Shown: positions 49,591 through 59,487 of the stretch, piece after piece
How the letters are laid out: each line of letters starts with the position of its first letter
Numbering within the stretch: position 1 is the first letter of the stretch
From: Candidatus Heimdallarchaeota archaeon
Lineage (GTDB): Archaea > Asgardarchaeota > Heimdallarchaeia > Hodarchaeales > Hodarchaeaceae
Length of the DNA: 64,000 nucleotides
Assembly: GCA_020353515.1 (NCBI GenBank)
Contig: CP070695.1
Location: 4,325,589 to 4,389,588 of the forward strand
Reading direction: 5' to 3'
Position numbers and translations under genes: made by a program
Notes under the pieces: model-generated
Told to the model about the DNA's origin: nothing
What the model saw: the letters and a program-made list of their open reading frames with translations, nothing else
Database searches by the model: none

Positions 49591-51338
49591 ACTTTCCATA
49601 AAGAGGCGTATAATCGATCATCTTCAACCAATTCATTATGGGTACCCTGTTCGATTATCTCACCATGATCTAGCACGAAAATTCTATCTGCATTTCGGAT
49701 AGTTGATAATCTATGAGCTATAATAATTGTAGTCCGCCCGACTATTATTTTTTCAAGCGATCTCTGAATAGCTGCTTCTGTTTCATTGTCTACACTAGAC
49801 GTAGCTTCGTCCAGAACAAGAATTGGGGGATTCTTCAAAACTGCACGAGCAATAGCAATTCGTTGTCTCTGCCCCCCGCTTAATTTCTGACCTCTTTCTC
49901 CAACAAGAGTATCATAGCCATTTGGGAGACTTTCAATAAAACCGTGAACCTCAGCTACCTGTGCAGCTTTAATAATATCATCAATGGGTGTATCTGGCCT
50001 ACCATATGCAATATTTTCTCTCACAGTCCCATCAATAATGAAAGTATCTTGTTTAACTAGACCAATTGCCTTTCGTAACTCTTGAAGATCGAAATCTCTA
50101 ATATCAACCCCATCAAGGGTAATTCTACCCTGTTGTGGATCGTAGAAACGTAAGAGTAACTTGACTATGGTTGACTTCCCAACACCTGTACTTCCAACAA
50201 ATGCAATTGTTTGTCCTGGTTCAATATTTACGTTTAAATTAGTAAAAGTCGAATTACGCCCTTTATAACTAAAGCAAACATTTTCAAAAGAAATTCCCCC
50301 AGAAATTGAAGATAAAAAGAGTTTGCTTTTCCCATTTGAAATCCTACTTTCAGTATCAAGTAAGGTCATTATTCTGGTGGTTGAAGCCATGGCTCGCTGG
50401 TATTGATCAAGGGTCTCACCTACCCTTGTTAAGGGCCAGAGCAGCCTTTGAGTTAGAAAGATCATGGCTGAATATGCAGCAATCTCTAATTGACCATTAA
50501 GGGTCTGTAATCCCCCAAAAATTAACATTGCTGTGAAACCTATAACGATTATCATTCTAATGAGGGGTGAGAAAGCAGAGCTGAATTTAATCGCTTCCCG
50601 ATTACTCTCCATATAATCACTTGAGGATCTGAATATTCGACCTTCCTCATACTCTTCAGTCGTATAACTTTTGATTGTTGCTATTCCTGTTAAATTATTT
50701 GATAATTGACCGTTTAATATTCCTACTCTCTCTCTTACATCAACATATCGCGACTCTAGACGTTTCTGAAATTTAATCGAAAAAACAAGAATAAATGGCA
50801 TTGGGACTGCTGCCATCCAAGCAACTTCAGGTGAAAGCAGAAAGAATGCGGTTAAGATAGTTATAGCAGTCACCGTGACTTGGATCAGATCGTTTGCTCC
50901 GATATCAAGAAATCGTTCCAGTTGGTTTATATCATCGTTCAGTATAGACATTAAACCACCCGTCTGACGATCTTCAAAGTATTCCATATCTAAGTGCTGA
51001 AGATGATTATAAGCGTCCAGACGCAATTCATGTTCAATGGTTTGAGCCAAATTTCTCCAATAAATTTTGTATATATACTCAAACAATGATTCTAATGCCC
51101 ATATAATGAAAGTTAATAGTCCGAGGAAAACTAATTGTGAAGGAACGTCACCAATTCCAAGATATCCAAAAATAGAGCCTTCTTGCCTGACTGCAATGTC
51201 AACTGCGGCAGCAATTAGGAACGGAGGCGCTAAATCAAACCATTTATTGAGTATCGAAAAGAGAGTGGCCAGTAATAGTGTACCACGATGTGATCGTGAG
51301 TAATGTATCAATTGTAAGAGAGGGCGATCATATTTCAT
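49563..51338 (-). CDS. ABC exporter, fused TMD-NBD
   Basis: GSTGVGKST, LSGGQRQRIAIARA, LDEATSSVD, IAHRLST. Confidence 0.95.
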   Translation of the reverse strand: MKYDRPLLQLIHYSRSHRGTLLLATLFSILNKWFDLAPPFLIAAAVDIAVRQEGSIFGYLGIGDVPSQLVFLGLLTFIIWALESLFEYIYKIYWRNLAQTIEHELRLDAYNHLQHLDMEYFEDRQTGGLMSILNDDINQLERFLDIGANDLIQVTVTAITILTAFFLLSPEVAWMAAVPMPFILVFSIKFQKRLESRYVDVRERVGILNGQLSNNLTGIATIKSYTTEEYEEGRIFRSSSDYMESNREAIKFSSAFSPLIRMIIVIGFTAMLIFGGLQTLNGQLEIAAYSAMIFLTQRLLWPLTRVGETLDQYQRAMASTTRIMTLLDTESRISNGKSKLFLSSISGGISFENVCFSYKGRNSTFTNLNVNIEPGQTIAFVGSTGVGKSTIVKLLLRFYDPQQGRITLDGVDIRDFDLQELRKAIGLVKQDTFIIDGTVRENIAYGRPDTPIDDIIKAAQVAEVHGFIESLPNGYDTLVGERGQKLSGGQRQRIAIARAVLKNPPILVLDEATSSVDNETEAAIQRSLEKIIVGRTTIIIAHRLSTIRNADRIFVLDHGEIIEQGTHNELVEDDRLYASLWKVQTGERSLA

Positions 51339-51450
51339 GATTAAAGGGAGAAGAATATTTATTTATCTACTGTTTGATAAGGTAAAGATAGATGAATTAC
51401 CCCATTCATTAACCAACTCAAATATAATTATATCTCGATAAAAAGCATAA

Positions 51451-51993
51451 TTGGGAAGAATCATGAAGAAAGAGATACCTCAAGGCCCAAACCCACCTGA
51501 AACAATCTATGTCCGAATTGAGATTCCCCTAGGTTCTAAGGTCAAGTATGAATTTAACAAAAAGTTTAACGCGATATTTGTTGATAGAATACTTCATTCT
51601 TCTGTGGTCTACCCCACTGCATATGGATTTATCCCAAAGACTCTCTGCAAAGATGATGATCCGCTGGATGTCATGGTATTACTTAGTGCTGGAATTGAAC
51701 TAATACCAGGATGCATTGTATCGGTAAGGCCTGTAGCTGTCTTGAAAATGGAAGATGAAAAGGGGGAGGATGATAAGATCGTTGCAGTATTAGTAGATGA
51801 TCCGAGGATGGAAGAGATACAATCATTAGATTCCATTCCGAAGCACTCATTGAAGGAAATTGAAGAGTTTTTTGATACTTACAAGCATCTGGAGAGAGGG
51901 AAAACAACACGTATAGTTGGTTGGGCTGATCAAAAAATTGCGTTAACAACCATTGAGGACGCTATTGTTTTATTCAATCAACACAATCTTTGA
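51451..51993 (+). CDS. ppa: Inorganic pyrophosphatase (family I)
   Basis: IEIP, KYE, VDR, YGFIP, DDDPLDV, DEKGEDDK, YKHLE. Confidence 0.95.
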   Translation: MGRIMKKEIPQGPNPPETIYVRIEIPLGSKVKYEFNKKFNAIFVDRILHSSVVYPTAYGFIPKTLCKDDDPLDVMVLLSAGIELIPGCIVSVRPVAVLKMEDEKGEDDKIVAVLVDDPRMEEIQSLDSIPKHSLKEIEEFFDTYKHLERGKTTRIVGWADQKIALTTIEDAIVLFNQHNL

Positions 51994-53095
51994 TGGCATC
52001 AGTGATACATTGAAGCCCACTCTCAAGTTCGTGTTTGCTTGGATAACCATAACCGATACGCATAAACCGTTTATCTACTTCAAACCAATGACCAGGCGCT
52101 ACAAAAGTTTTGTATTTCATTTTGAGAGTTTCGTAGAATCTTTCAATGTCAATGTTAACGCTGGATTTTATTCTGGGAAAACAGATGACCCCTCCTGAAG
52201 GTTCTACCCATTCCATATAGTCAGAGGTTTTCATCCATCTGGTCAATATTTCTTGATTTGTTTTAACATGTAAGGATACTTTAGATAGAAATTCCTTTTT
52301 TCTAGCTAGGAAGTGAGCAGCTATCTCCTCATCCACAATAGAGTTACAAATGAAGATTAACTCCTTTCCAGCTAAAAAATTCTCCATCAAATTCGTATTC
52401 TGACTAATTAACCAGCCAATTCGAATACCAGGTAAGCCATACGCCTTGGAAAACGAAGAAACACTGATAGCATTCTCACTCAATGAACCCACTATCGGCA
52501 GTGGATCAGGAGTCATTTCCCGATATGTTTCATCAAACAATAGGTAAATTCCTTTGGATTCTATTAAAGAAATGATTTCGTTCAATTGAGATTCAGTAAT
52601 CATTGTTCCAGTAGGATTATGGGGGTATGTTAGACTAATTAAACGTGTGTTCGGTTGAATTAATTGTTCGAGTTTGTTAAGGCTAAATTGAAATTGATCC
52701 TCCATTGTTAATTGCAGATATTCTACCTGACATCCAATAGCTCGTGGAGACTCAAGATTCGCAACATAATTTGGATGCAAAATCACTACATGATCACTTG
52801 GCTTAAGAAGAGATGTAGTAATTATGAATAATGCTCCAGCAGCTCCTATTGTGGTTAAAACATTGTCTGGATTAACTTGTTCATCTGCAATGTACTCTCT
52901 AAGTTGAGGATTACCCAAATGGTCAGTATAGCTGAGAGCAAGATCAGTTAAGTCGATATCAAGGTTCCCAAGGATAAAATCAGAAACAGAACTTTCTGCA
53001 AGATTGTACTTAATTCTCTCATACCCAAATTCTTCGGGCGATTCTTTTTCAATCGGAGTTCGTCGATAGACTAGGTGTCCTTCTTTCATTTTCAT
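51974..53095 (-). CDS. PLP-dependent aminotransferase class I/II
   Basis: PHNPTG, FDETY, SFSKAYGLPGIRIGW, FMRIGYG. Confidence 0.92.
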   Translation of the reverse strand: MKMKEGHLVYRRTPIEKESPEEFGYERIKYNLAESSVSDFILGNLDIDLTDLALSYTDHLGNPQLREYIADEQVNPDNVLTTIGAAGALFIITTSLLKPSDHVVILHPNYVANLESPRAIGCQVEYLQLTMEDQFQFSLNKLEQLIQPNTRLISLTYPHNPTGTMITESQLNEIISLIESKGIYLLFDETYREMTPDPLPIVGSLSENAISVSSFSKAYGLPGIRIGWLISQNTNLMENFLAGKELIFICNSIVDEEIAAHFLARKKEFLSKVSLHVKTNQEILTRWMKTSDYMEWVEPSGGVICFPRIKSSVNIDIERFYETLKMKYKTFVAPGHWFEVDKRFMRIGYGYPSKHELESGLQCITDAIKDCVD

Positions 53096-53182
53096 TTTAT
53101 GTCGAATCTACCATAACTTATTTTCTACATAAAAAATAATATCTTTTGATCTCAAACATAATACAAGGAGTCAGTTATACTA

Positions 53183-53872
53183 ATGGGTTTTGTTGAAATC
53201 TTTCTACTCTCATTTCTTGTTGCATTATCGGGATCACTGTCTCCTGGGCCTTTACTTACTTATACGATATATAAAGCGATTCAATCAGGAAAGAAAGCCT
53301 ACCTAATTGGCATTCTTATCTGGATCGGTCATGCCATCCTAGAATTTGTCTTGATGTTAATTTTACTCATCGGTCTGTCTCCATTTATTACTGATAGGCC
53401 AGTTGTTATTCTTATTGGATTATTAGGGGGTGGAATTTTGATATTCTTTGGAGTAAGTCTCTTAAGAGACATTTGGCTTAAAAAAATTGATTTGAATTTT
53501 CTCACATCCGATGAAAAGAACATTGATGACCGAGAGGTAAGTGAGATAACTGATCTGATCCAACAACCCACTCTTGGAGGGGTATTAGTCTCCATGTCTA
53601 ATCCTTATTGGTGGATCTGGTGGGCTGTTATTGGCCTGAATTTTATGACCCAATTTTCAGTGGGAGTATTAAATATAGAATTTTGGGGATTCTTTTTGGG
53701 ACATGAATTAGGGGATTTCTTAACCTATGTTTCAATTGCCACTATTCTCGGTTTTACTAATAAATTCTTATCTAAAAAACTCTATCTCGGGATTATTATT
53801 GGATGCTGTGCCTTTATGATTATTTTTGGTTTATATTTGGCAGTTTCACCCATTCTCTCATATAATCCTTGA
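53183..53872 (+). CDS. LysE family translocator
   Basis: LSGSLSPGP, GHAILE, SNPYWWIWW. Confidence 0.88.
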   Translation: MGFVEIFLLSFLVALSGSLSPGPLLTYTIYKAIQSGKKAYLIGILIWIGHAILEFVLMLILLIGLSPFITDRPVVILIGLLGGGILIFFGVSLLRDIWLKKIDLNFLTSDEKNIDDREVSEITDLIQQPTLGGVLVSMSNPYWWIWWAVIGLNFMTQFSVGVLNIEFWGFFLGHELGDFLTYVSIATILGFTNKFLSKKLYLGIIIGCCAFMIIFGLYLAVSPILSYNP

Positions 53873-53978
53873 GTTTTTAGAGAAATTTATTACAAAAGAT
53901 CATCATCATAACCGATATTAATCCATTTTTTGGAACCACGAGAGTCCCTCGATAATTCTAATTACAAGTTTAGCCATT

Positions 53979-54013
53979 AAAAAAAAAAGAGAGGAGAGAA
54001 AAAAATCAAAAAA
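53979..54013 (-). terminator. Oligo-T/pyrimidine tract terminator of the surface-protein gene
   Basis: A-rich runs on + (T-runs on -) immediately after the stop at 54014. Confidence 0.5.
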
Positions 54014-56635
54014 TCAGGTTTTTTTCTTCCTGTGTTTGTAAACCAACATAGGTAGTACTATCAACAAAGAGAGGATGAATGAGAAACCCGGAGTCCCAAT
54101 TGATTCTGTTGGTTCAGTTTCAATAGTTGTTGTAGAGGTGGAAGCAGTTGTAGGTACCGTTGTAGTAGTTGGTGCTTCAAATGACACATCAGCTTCAAAA
54201 AACGGAACCCAACGGAGTCTTACATTTCCATCTGGGGACCATCCCATTAAGAGTGCCAGATCACAAGTGATGGTTTCTTGTGCTGTGATTGTACAGGAAA
54301 ATGATACAGTCTCTCCTGAATCAATTTCAAAATGTTTGTTAGGGATGGTATAAACTGTAGTATCCCATCTTTTCTTACCTGCCCATGGTTCCGTAGGATA
54401 AAATTCACCGCCAACCCAGGTACTTTCCACTTCAACAGGATCTCCATTGATTTTAAAGTTACTAGCACTGAGATTAGTAGTATTGAAATAAAGTTTAAAA
54501 TTCGGACTGGGCTGTGATACAATTTTAGCACTTTTTAACATGAATAGAGCAAAGTTATTCTCCGCTCGTTGGAGGGTATGTGTTTCAGTGCCAAGTTTGA
54601 ACAGTTTAGGTTTTCCATTTTCTAAGTTGTAGGTTTCAAGTCTACGTGTGTCATCAGGTGGGCCTTCAAAAATCGCATACGCATGAACTCCATCAACGAC
54701 TGCATCCCAAGGTCTGGTAGCATTCGGAGACCACATAACATCAAAAGTATCAGTCTTGTCCCCATCACCATTCAAATCGAGATCTACGATACTTTCGTCA
54801 AGGATTCCAACACCATCAACTAGTGGCATCTGATAAGCCAGCTTTCCCCAATCCATTGTCATTGTACCAGCTGTTGCTGGAGCACCATCGTTTCGAACTG
54901 TTGTCGTGAATTGATAAACCCCTGGTTCAGTTGACGCGAGAGAGGAACTAACATGACTGAAATCAGGAAGAGTAAATGTCACTTCTTCAATGATAGGTAT
55001 CCAATGGTACCTGGTGTTCCCATCAGGGGACCAATTCAGAAGGAGATAGAAATCACTAGTTACTGCTTCGTGAGCTATAAATGTGCAAGAAAATGTCACT
55101 TCCTCATCTTGATCAATTATTAAATCACTATTTGGAACAATGTACACCTTATCATTCCATGGAATTTCTTCCCAATACGGGTACCATAATTGGTCCCAGG
55201 TGTGGTTTATTCTGACAGGTTCGTCGTTTATTTCAAAGTCAATTGCTCTTAAACTTGAAAACGAGCCCTCGTGTTCGAATACTAGCTCAAAGTTTGTATT
55301 TGGGTGGTGTAAGATGTCGGCATCACATAATCCAAAAACAGCAAAATCATTGTCCGCAGAAAGAAGCGAATGCGTTTCACTCCCTAACTTAAACAACTTT
55401 GGGTCCTCGTTGATATAATAAGTTCGCAGCTCTCTTCGATCTTCAGGGGGCCCCTCCCAAAACGAATAGGCGTGAATATCTTGAACTCCATCGTTGACTA
55501 CAGCATCCCAATTACGAGTATCATTATGGAACCAGGTAACGTCAAAAAAATCTAGTGTATCGCCATCACCATTCAGATCTTGACCAACATCGTTCTCTAC
55601 AAGAGTTCCAGTACCATCATCAAGCGGTAAATCGTAAATGATTTTTTCCCAAGAAATTGGTACATCCCCAGCTGTAGCCTGAGTACCGATGTTTTTAACT
55701 GTGGCTTTGAATTCTTTTACACCTGTATCGACATCCAATATATCGAGATAGGTACCAATGAAGTAAGGCCGATTAATCGCTTCAAATGATACATCTACTT
55801 GGTCAAAGGGCACCCATCGATATCTAATATTCCCATCTGGGGACCAGTTTGTCAGAAGTGCGACTTCACAAGTGGTAGTTTCCCTAGCTACGATCGTACA
55901 AGAGAATTCCATCTGTTCATCTGTTCCAAATTCTGTTGCTTGATTGGGAACGACATAAGCTGTATACGGACGTTCTATCCCAGCCCAAAATTCCACTCCT
56001 GTTTGGGTGTAGTTTATCTCAACATCTTCTCCATCAATTTTGAAGTCCACGAGACTGACATTAGAATATATTACTAGTTCTAAGTTTGGACTTGGATGTT
56101 TCAAAATCATGGCATCGAATCCAAAGAAGGCAGCACCATCCTCAGCGTAGTAAAGAGAATGTTTCTTATTCCCTAGCTGAAAGAGTTTTGACTCTCCATC
56201 AATATAATATGTTCTGTTGAATCCCCGATTTACAGGGTGGTCTGCGAGTGCGTAGACGTATACACCATCAATTTCAGCATCCCATGGCCTAAGAGTATTG
56301 TTCCACTCAACATTAAATGTATCATCTTTGTCATTATCGCCGTTGATATCGTAATCTGCAACACTTTCATCTAGAGTTCCAACTCCAGCAGTCAATGTTA
56401 ACTCATAACTGTATTTTTCCCATGAGATTGGAACAGTGCCTGTTATGGCTGGATCACCCGTGTTTTCGATAGTTGCTGTAAACTCATAGACACCTTGGTT
56501 CAATTGAGTCAAGGAAGAATCCACGAAAATGATATCTACTTCGTTGATTGCCTCTAATCTCTCAGGGAGAAGTTTAACGCTTCCCACATTTAAACTTAAG
56601 AAGATTAAAACGAAAAAAAGTAATAAACGCTTCAT
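54014..56635 (-). CDS. Acidic cell-surface protein with three ~265-aa repeats, Thr-rich linker and PGF-like C-terminal anchor
   Basis: Signal peptide; each repeat has D[IL]NGD.D, R.WDA, FSCT and WSPDGN.R..W; ends TPGF-TM-KHRKKK. Confidence 0.85.
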   Translation of the reverse strand: MKRLLLFFVLIFLSLNVGSVKLLPERLEAINEVDIIFVDSSLTQLNQGVYEFTATIENTGDPAITGTVPISWEKYSYELTLTAGVGTLDESVADYDINGDNDKDDTFNVEWNNTLRPWDAEIDGVYVYALADHPVNRGFNRTYYIDGESKLFQLGNKKHSLYYAEDGAAFFGFDAMILKHPSPNLELVIYSNVSLVDFKIDGEDVEINYTQTGVEFWAGIERPYTAYVVPNQATEFGTDEQMEFSCTIVARETTTCEVALLTNWSPDGNIRYRWVPFDQVDVSFEAINRPYFIGTYLDILDVDTGVKEFKATVKNIGTQATAGDVPISWEKIIYDLPLDDGTGTLVENDVGQDLNGDGDTLDFFDVTWFHNDTRNWDAVVNDGVQDIHAYSFWEGPPEDRRELRTYYINEDPKLFKLGSETHSLLSADNDFAVFGLCDADILHHPNTNFELVFEHEGSFSSLRAIDFEINDEPVRINHTWDQLWYPYWEEIPWNDKVYIVPNSDLIIDQDEEVTFSCTFIAHEAVTSDFYLLLNWSPDGNTRYHWIPIIEEVTFTLPDFSHVSSSLASTEPGVYQFTTTVRNDGAPATAGTMTMDWGKLAYQMPLVDGVGILDESIVDLDLNGDGDKTDTFDVMWSPNATRPWDAVVDGVHAYAIFEGPPDDTRRLETYNLENGKPKLFKLGTETHTLQRAENNFALFMLKSAKIVSQPSPNFKLYFNTTNLSASNFKINGDPVEVESTWVGGEFYPTEPWAGKKRWDTTVYTIPNKHFEIDSGETVSFSCTITAQETITCDLALLMGWSPDGNVRLRWVPFFEADVSFEAPTTTTVPTTASTSTTTIETEPTESIGTPGFSFILSLLIVLPMLVYKHRKKKT

Positions 56636-56777
56636 TTTTCATTTCTCCAGAAATCATTTCTCCCTGAAATAGATCCTTTTAAAGTTAAGTGAGTAGTTCA
56701 GATTTTTGTAGTATCTCCAGTTCCTCATATAATCTAATCAAATTGAACTTAATCGATAAAATTCCAACAATTGGCAT

Positions 56778-57143
56778 TTAAATTAGTTTCATAGAAGAAT
56801 CCTTCTTTAAGAATTTGTTTTTTCTTATAAGAATACAGATTAACACTCCTAGATAACAAAAAATAAACAGGATGGGGAGTATAATCAGATAAGGTTCAGT
56901 CCTCTCACCAAGAGTCAGAGGAAACACCAGGAATGTATAAAAAATACTTCTGGTCACTGGAAGCAAGTTTATAATTATAAGAACCAAGATCATGAAGATA
57001 ATTAAAAAATGGTAATGTAGTCCAAATTTTTGCAGTATCCCCATTTGCTCATATTGACCGATTATTTCAAAATAAATGATGAAGTGGTGGTTTCTAGAAG
57101 AGTTAATAGATATAAAACAGATTCTAGCTAGACAATTGATCAC
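56778..57143 (-). CDS. Small hypothetical membrane protein (start uncertain)
   Basis: Two hydrophobic segments and a basic tail in the C-terminal ~88 aa. Confidence 0.35.
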   Translation of the reverse strand: MINCLARICFISINSSRNHHFIIYFEIIGQYEQMGILQKFGLHYHFLIIFMILVLIIINLLPVTRSIFYTFLVFPLTLGERTEPYLIILPILFIFCYLGVLICILIRKNKFLKKDSSMKLI

Positions 57144-59337
57144 TATCCTTTTCTCTCAACCTTCTAATGGATAACTCTAGCGCTCCTTTTAAAATTCGGA
57201 GAAAGGAAGCCCCCTTGGGTGTAATGATATAATTTCTAAAGCGGCCATCCTTAAGGACTTGAGGAGAAATAAAAGGTTCCAAATACTCTAATTCCATCAA
57301 GCGGTTTATTTCATAAGAAACAGTAGTGGGCGGGATATCCAAGGTTTTTGCTAATCTCATTGGGTTAGTTTCTTCAGGATACTGATAGGCAATCTCGATT
57401 AATGTTAAAACTGTTCTCCCTTTTAATCCTGAAGTTAAATCGCCTCTGATGTCAGAGGGAAAGTACTCAATCAATGTTGTCGGTTCTACAGCATCTAGTA
57501 AAGGAGTAACTTGGGGTTCTGAAATCATCCCCGATTGGATGTTTTCAAGGCCAATCATTACCTTTCCATAGATAGATTTTAAGAAATCGATTTGATCATT
57601 CTGAAAAAGCTCAATAATCGTTGTTGGAACTTTTAATCTTGAAGTGTATAGGAAGTAACTCATACCTACAAGTACTAGTAGAGCGATGAAACCAATAATC
57701 AATTGAGATAGTAATTCATCGTTGCCCTGAACTGGATTATTATTTATTCTGAATTCCCTCGAGATTTCTACAATAACATATCCCTCATCGCACTTTGCTT
57801 CTATCTTGAGTAAATAGTTGGAACCATCAGCCACTGTAGTTGTATCCCAGTTGAAGTGCGTGGCTGTTAAATTTGAGGCTAGGAGTATCCACTCCTCTCC
57901 CTGATCTGGCGAATAATAGATTTTGTATGTAATGTTATGCTGCAAGGAATCTAATGCTGCTGTCCAGGTAAGGGTGACGATACCAGTGAGAGGGGGTTGG
58001 GGAAGTAAGAGTTTCGGCTTGTACATCAAATGACTATGATCCAGTGCTAATGTGACAAGGGGATGTAAATCTTGATTCCCTGCTGCTCCTTTCAATAGAT
58101 AAGGTTCATCTACAATTCCATCCGCATTGTGATCAGGTGACACCCAGTCGTTCCAGTAATTAAAGGCAAAGATATTGCTTAATCCGCCATCCTTGGCTTG
58201 ATATCCAGAAACATAATTATCTGTAAAGTTATTAAATGTAAAAATATTGTAATGCGTGTTCCCTTCAATTCTTATGCCTTCCATATTATTTTCACAGAAT
58301 ACATTCTCAGTAAAGGTATTGAAGTCCGAATCAAAGAGAATAGCACCCACTATTCCATTTTTAAGCATCTTATTTGTCGTAAATGTGTTATTATGGGAAG
58401 TGAGTTCTAAATCCACTCCCAAATTGAAATTCTCTCGTGCAGTATTATTCCAAAATGAATTATCTGTTGAGTAATACAGACTAATTCCTCCCATATTGTT
58501 AAACACATGATTGGACGAAACATTGTTCTGAGAGGACACCCACAAAGAAATCCCCAATACGGTATTGGAAATGGTGTTATTCTCGATCACATTCCCTGAG
58601 GTGTAGATGAGGTCGATCCCATTCCCTTCACTCCCATAAATTGTGTTCTTAGAAATTAAATTGGAATGCGATTGCTCAAGCTGTATTCCCGAGCCAGTAT
58701 TATTGTAGATGATATTCCCAACTACTGTAGTATTGAATGTGTCAGTATTTAGCCAAATGGCCATCTCATTATTTTCATAAACACTATTATTGATAATACG
58801 ATTATGCTGTCCCCTAATGTTCATGCCCATCTGATTACCAAAAATAGAATTATTGATAATTAAATTATGTGAGGATGAAAATTCGAAAATGATTCCTCCA
58901 TCTACAGCAGCATTATTGCAAATGATGTTATTCTCAATCGTCCCATGTTGAACACTAGAGAGATGAACGCCTTCAGTTGGAGCGTGTGACCCATTAAGCA
59001 GATTATTTCGAATGATGAAGTAGAAGATAGTGTCACTGATAGAGATTAGTGGCCCTTCTGTAGCTGTAATAGTGTATCCTTCAATAATAATTGGATTCAC
59101 TATTGTCCCCTCTCCAGGCCAATTCTCTGCAGTCGCTTGAGTTATAAAATCCTCGTCACCCTGGATTATAATAGGTGCGTGCGTAGCATATATGGAATTT
59201 CTGGGGGGTTCTTGTAAAAGGTATGATTTGCTTGCAGGAAGATTAAGTGGATTAATGGATTGATCCACATGATTTACAATCCAAACAAATGATACTAACA
59301 AGAGAAAAACGAGGAGTAATGATCGTAAGCCGTTCAT
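57124..59337 (-). CDS. Single-pass receptor-like protein: NosD/right-handed beta-helix, FN3-like domain, TM, cytoplasmic winged helix
   Basis: HAPIIIQGD, many N-x-I-x-N-N-x-x-G-I repeats, NYWND, TWTAALD...YKIYYS, TM, LAKTLDIPPTTVSYEINRL...ITPKG. Confidence 0.85.
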   Translation of the reverse strand: MNGLRSLLLVFLLLVSFVWIVNHVDQSINPLNLPASKSYLLQEPPRNSIYATHAPIIIQGDEDFITQATAENWPGEGTIVNPIIIEGYTITATEGPLISISDTIFYFIIRNNLLNGSHAPTEGVHLSSVQHGTIENNIICNNAAVDGGIIFEFSSSHNLIINNSIFGNQMGMNIRGQHNRIINNSVYENNEMAIWLNTDTFNTTVVGNIIYNNTGSGIQLEQSHSNLISKNTIYGSEGNGIDLIYTSGNVIENNTISNTVLGISLWVSSQNNVSSNHVFNNMGGISLYYSTDNSFWNNTARENFNLGVDLELTSHNNTFTTNKMLKNGIVGAILFDSDFNTFTENVFCENNMEGIRIEGNTHYNIFTFNNFTDNYVSGYQAKDGGLSNIFAFNYWNDWVSPDHNADGIVDEPYLLKGAAGNQDLHPLVTLALDHSHLMYKPKLLLPQPPLTGIVTLTWTAALDSLQHNITYKIYYSPDQGEEWILLASNLTATHFNWDTTTVADGSNYLLKIEAKCDEGYVIVEISREFRINNNPVQGNDELLSQLIIGFIALLVLVGMSYFLYTSRLKVPTTIIELFQNDQIDFLKSIYGKVMIGLENIQSGMISEPQVTPLLDAVEPTTLIEYFPSDIRGDLTSGLKGRTVLTLIEIAYQYPEETNPMRLAKTLDIPPTTVSYEINRLMELEYLEPFISPQVLKDGRFRNYIITPKGASFLRILKGALELSIRRLREKDSDQLSS

Positions 59338-59487
59338 TGGAACAATAAAGGAAAATTCTTTAATTGATATTTAAAGGTAATGAAAGTCAGAATAAATTAA
59401 TACTAAATTTCTTCAGGATTACGAAAAATCATTATTTTCAAAGAGGTCTTCTGGTTAAAAGTCATACACTTCTCAAAGGTTTTTGCA

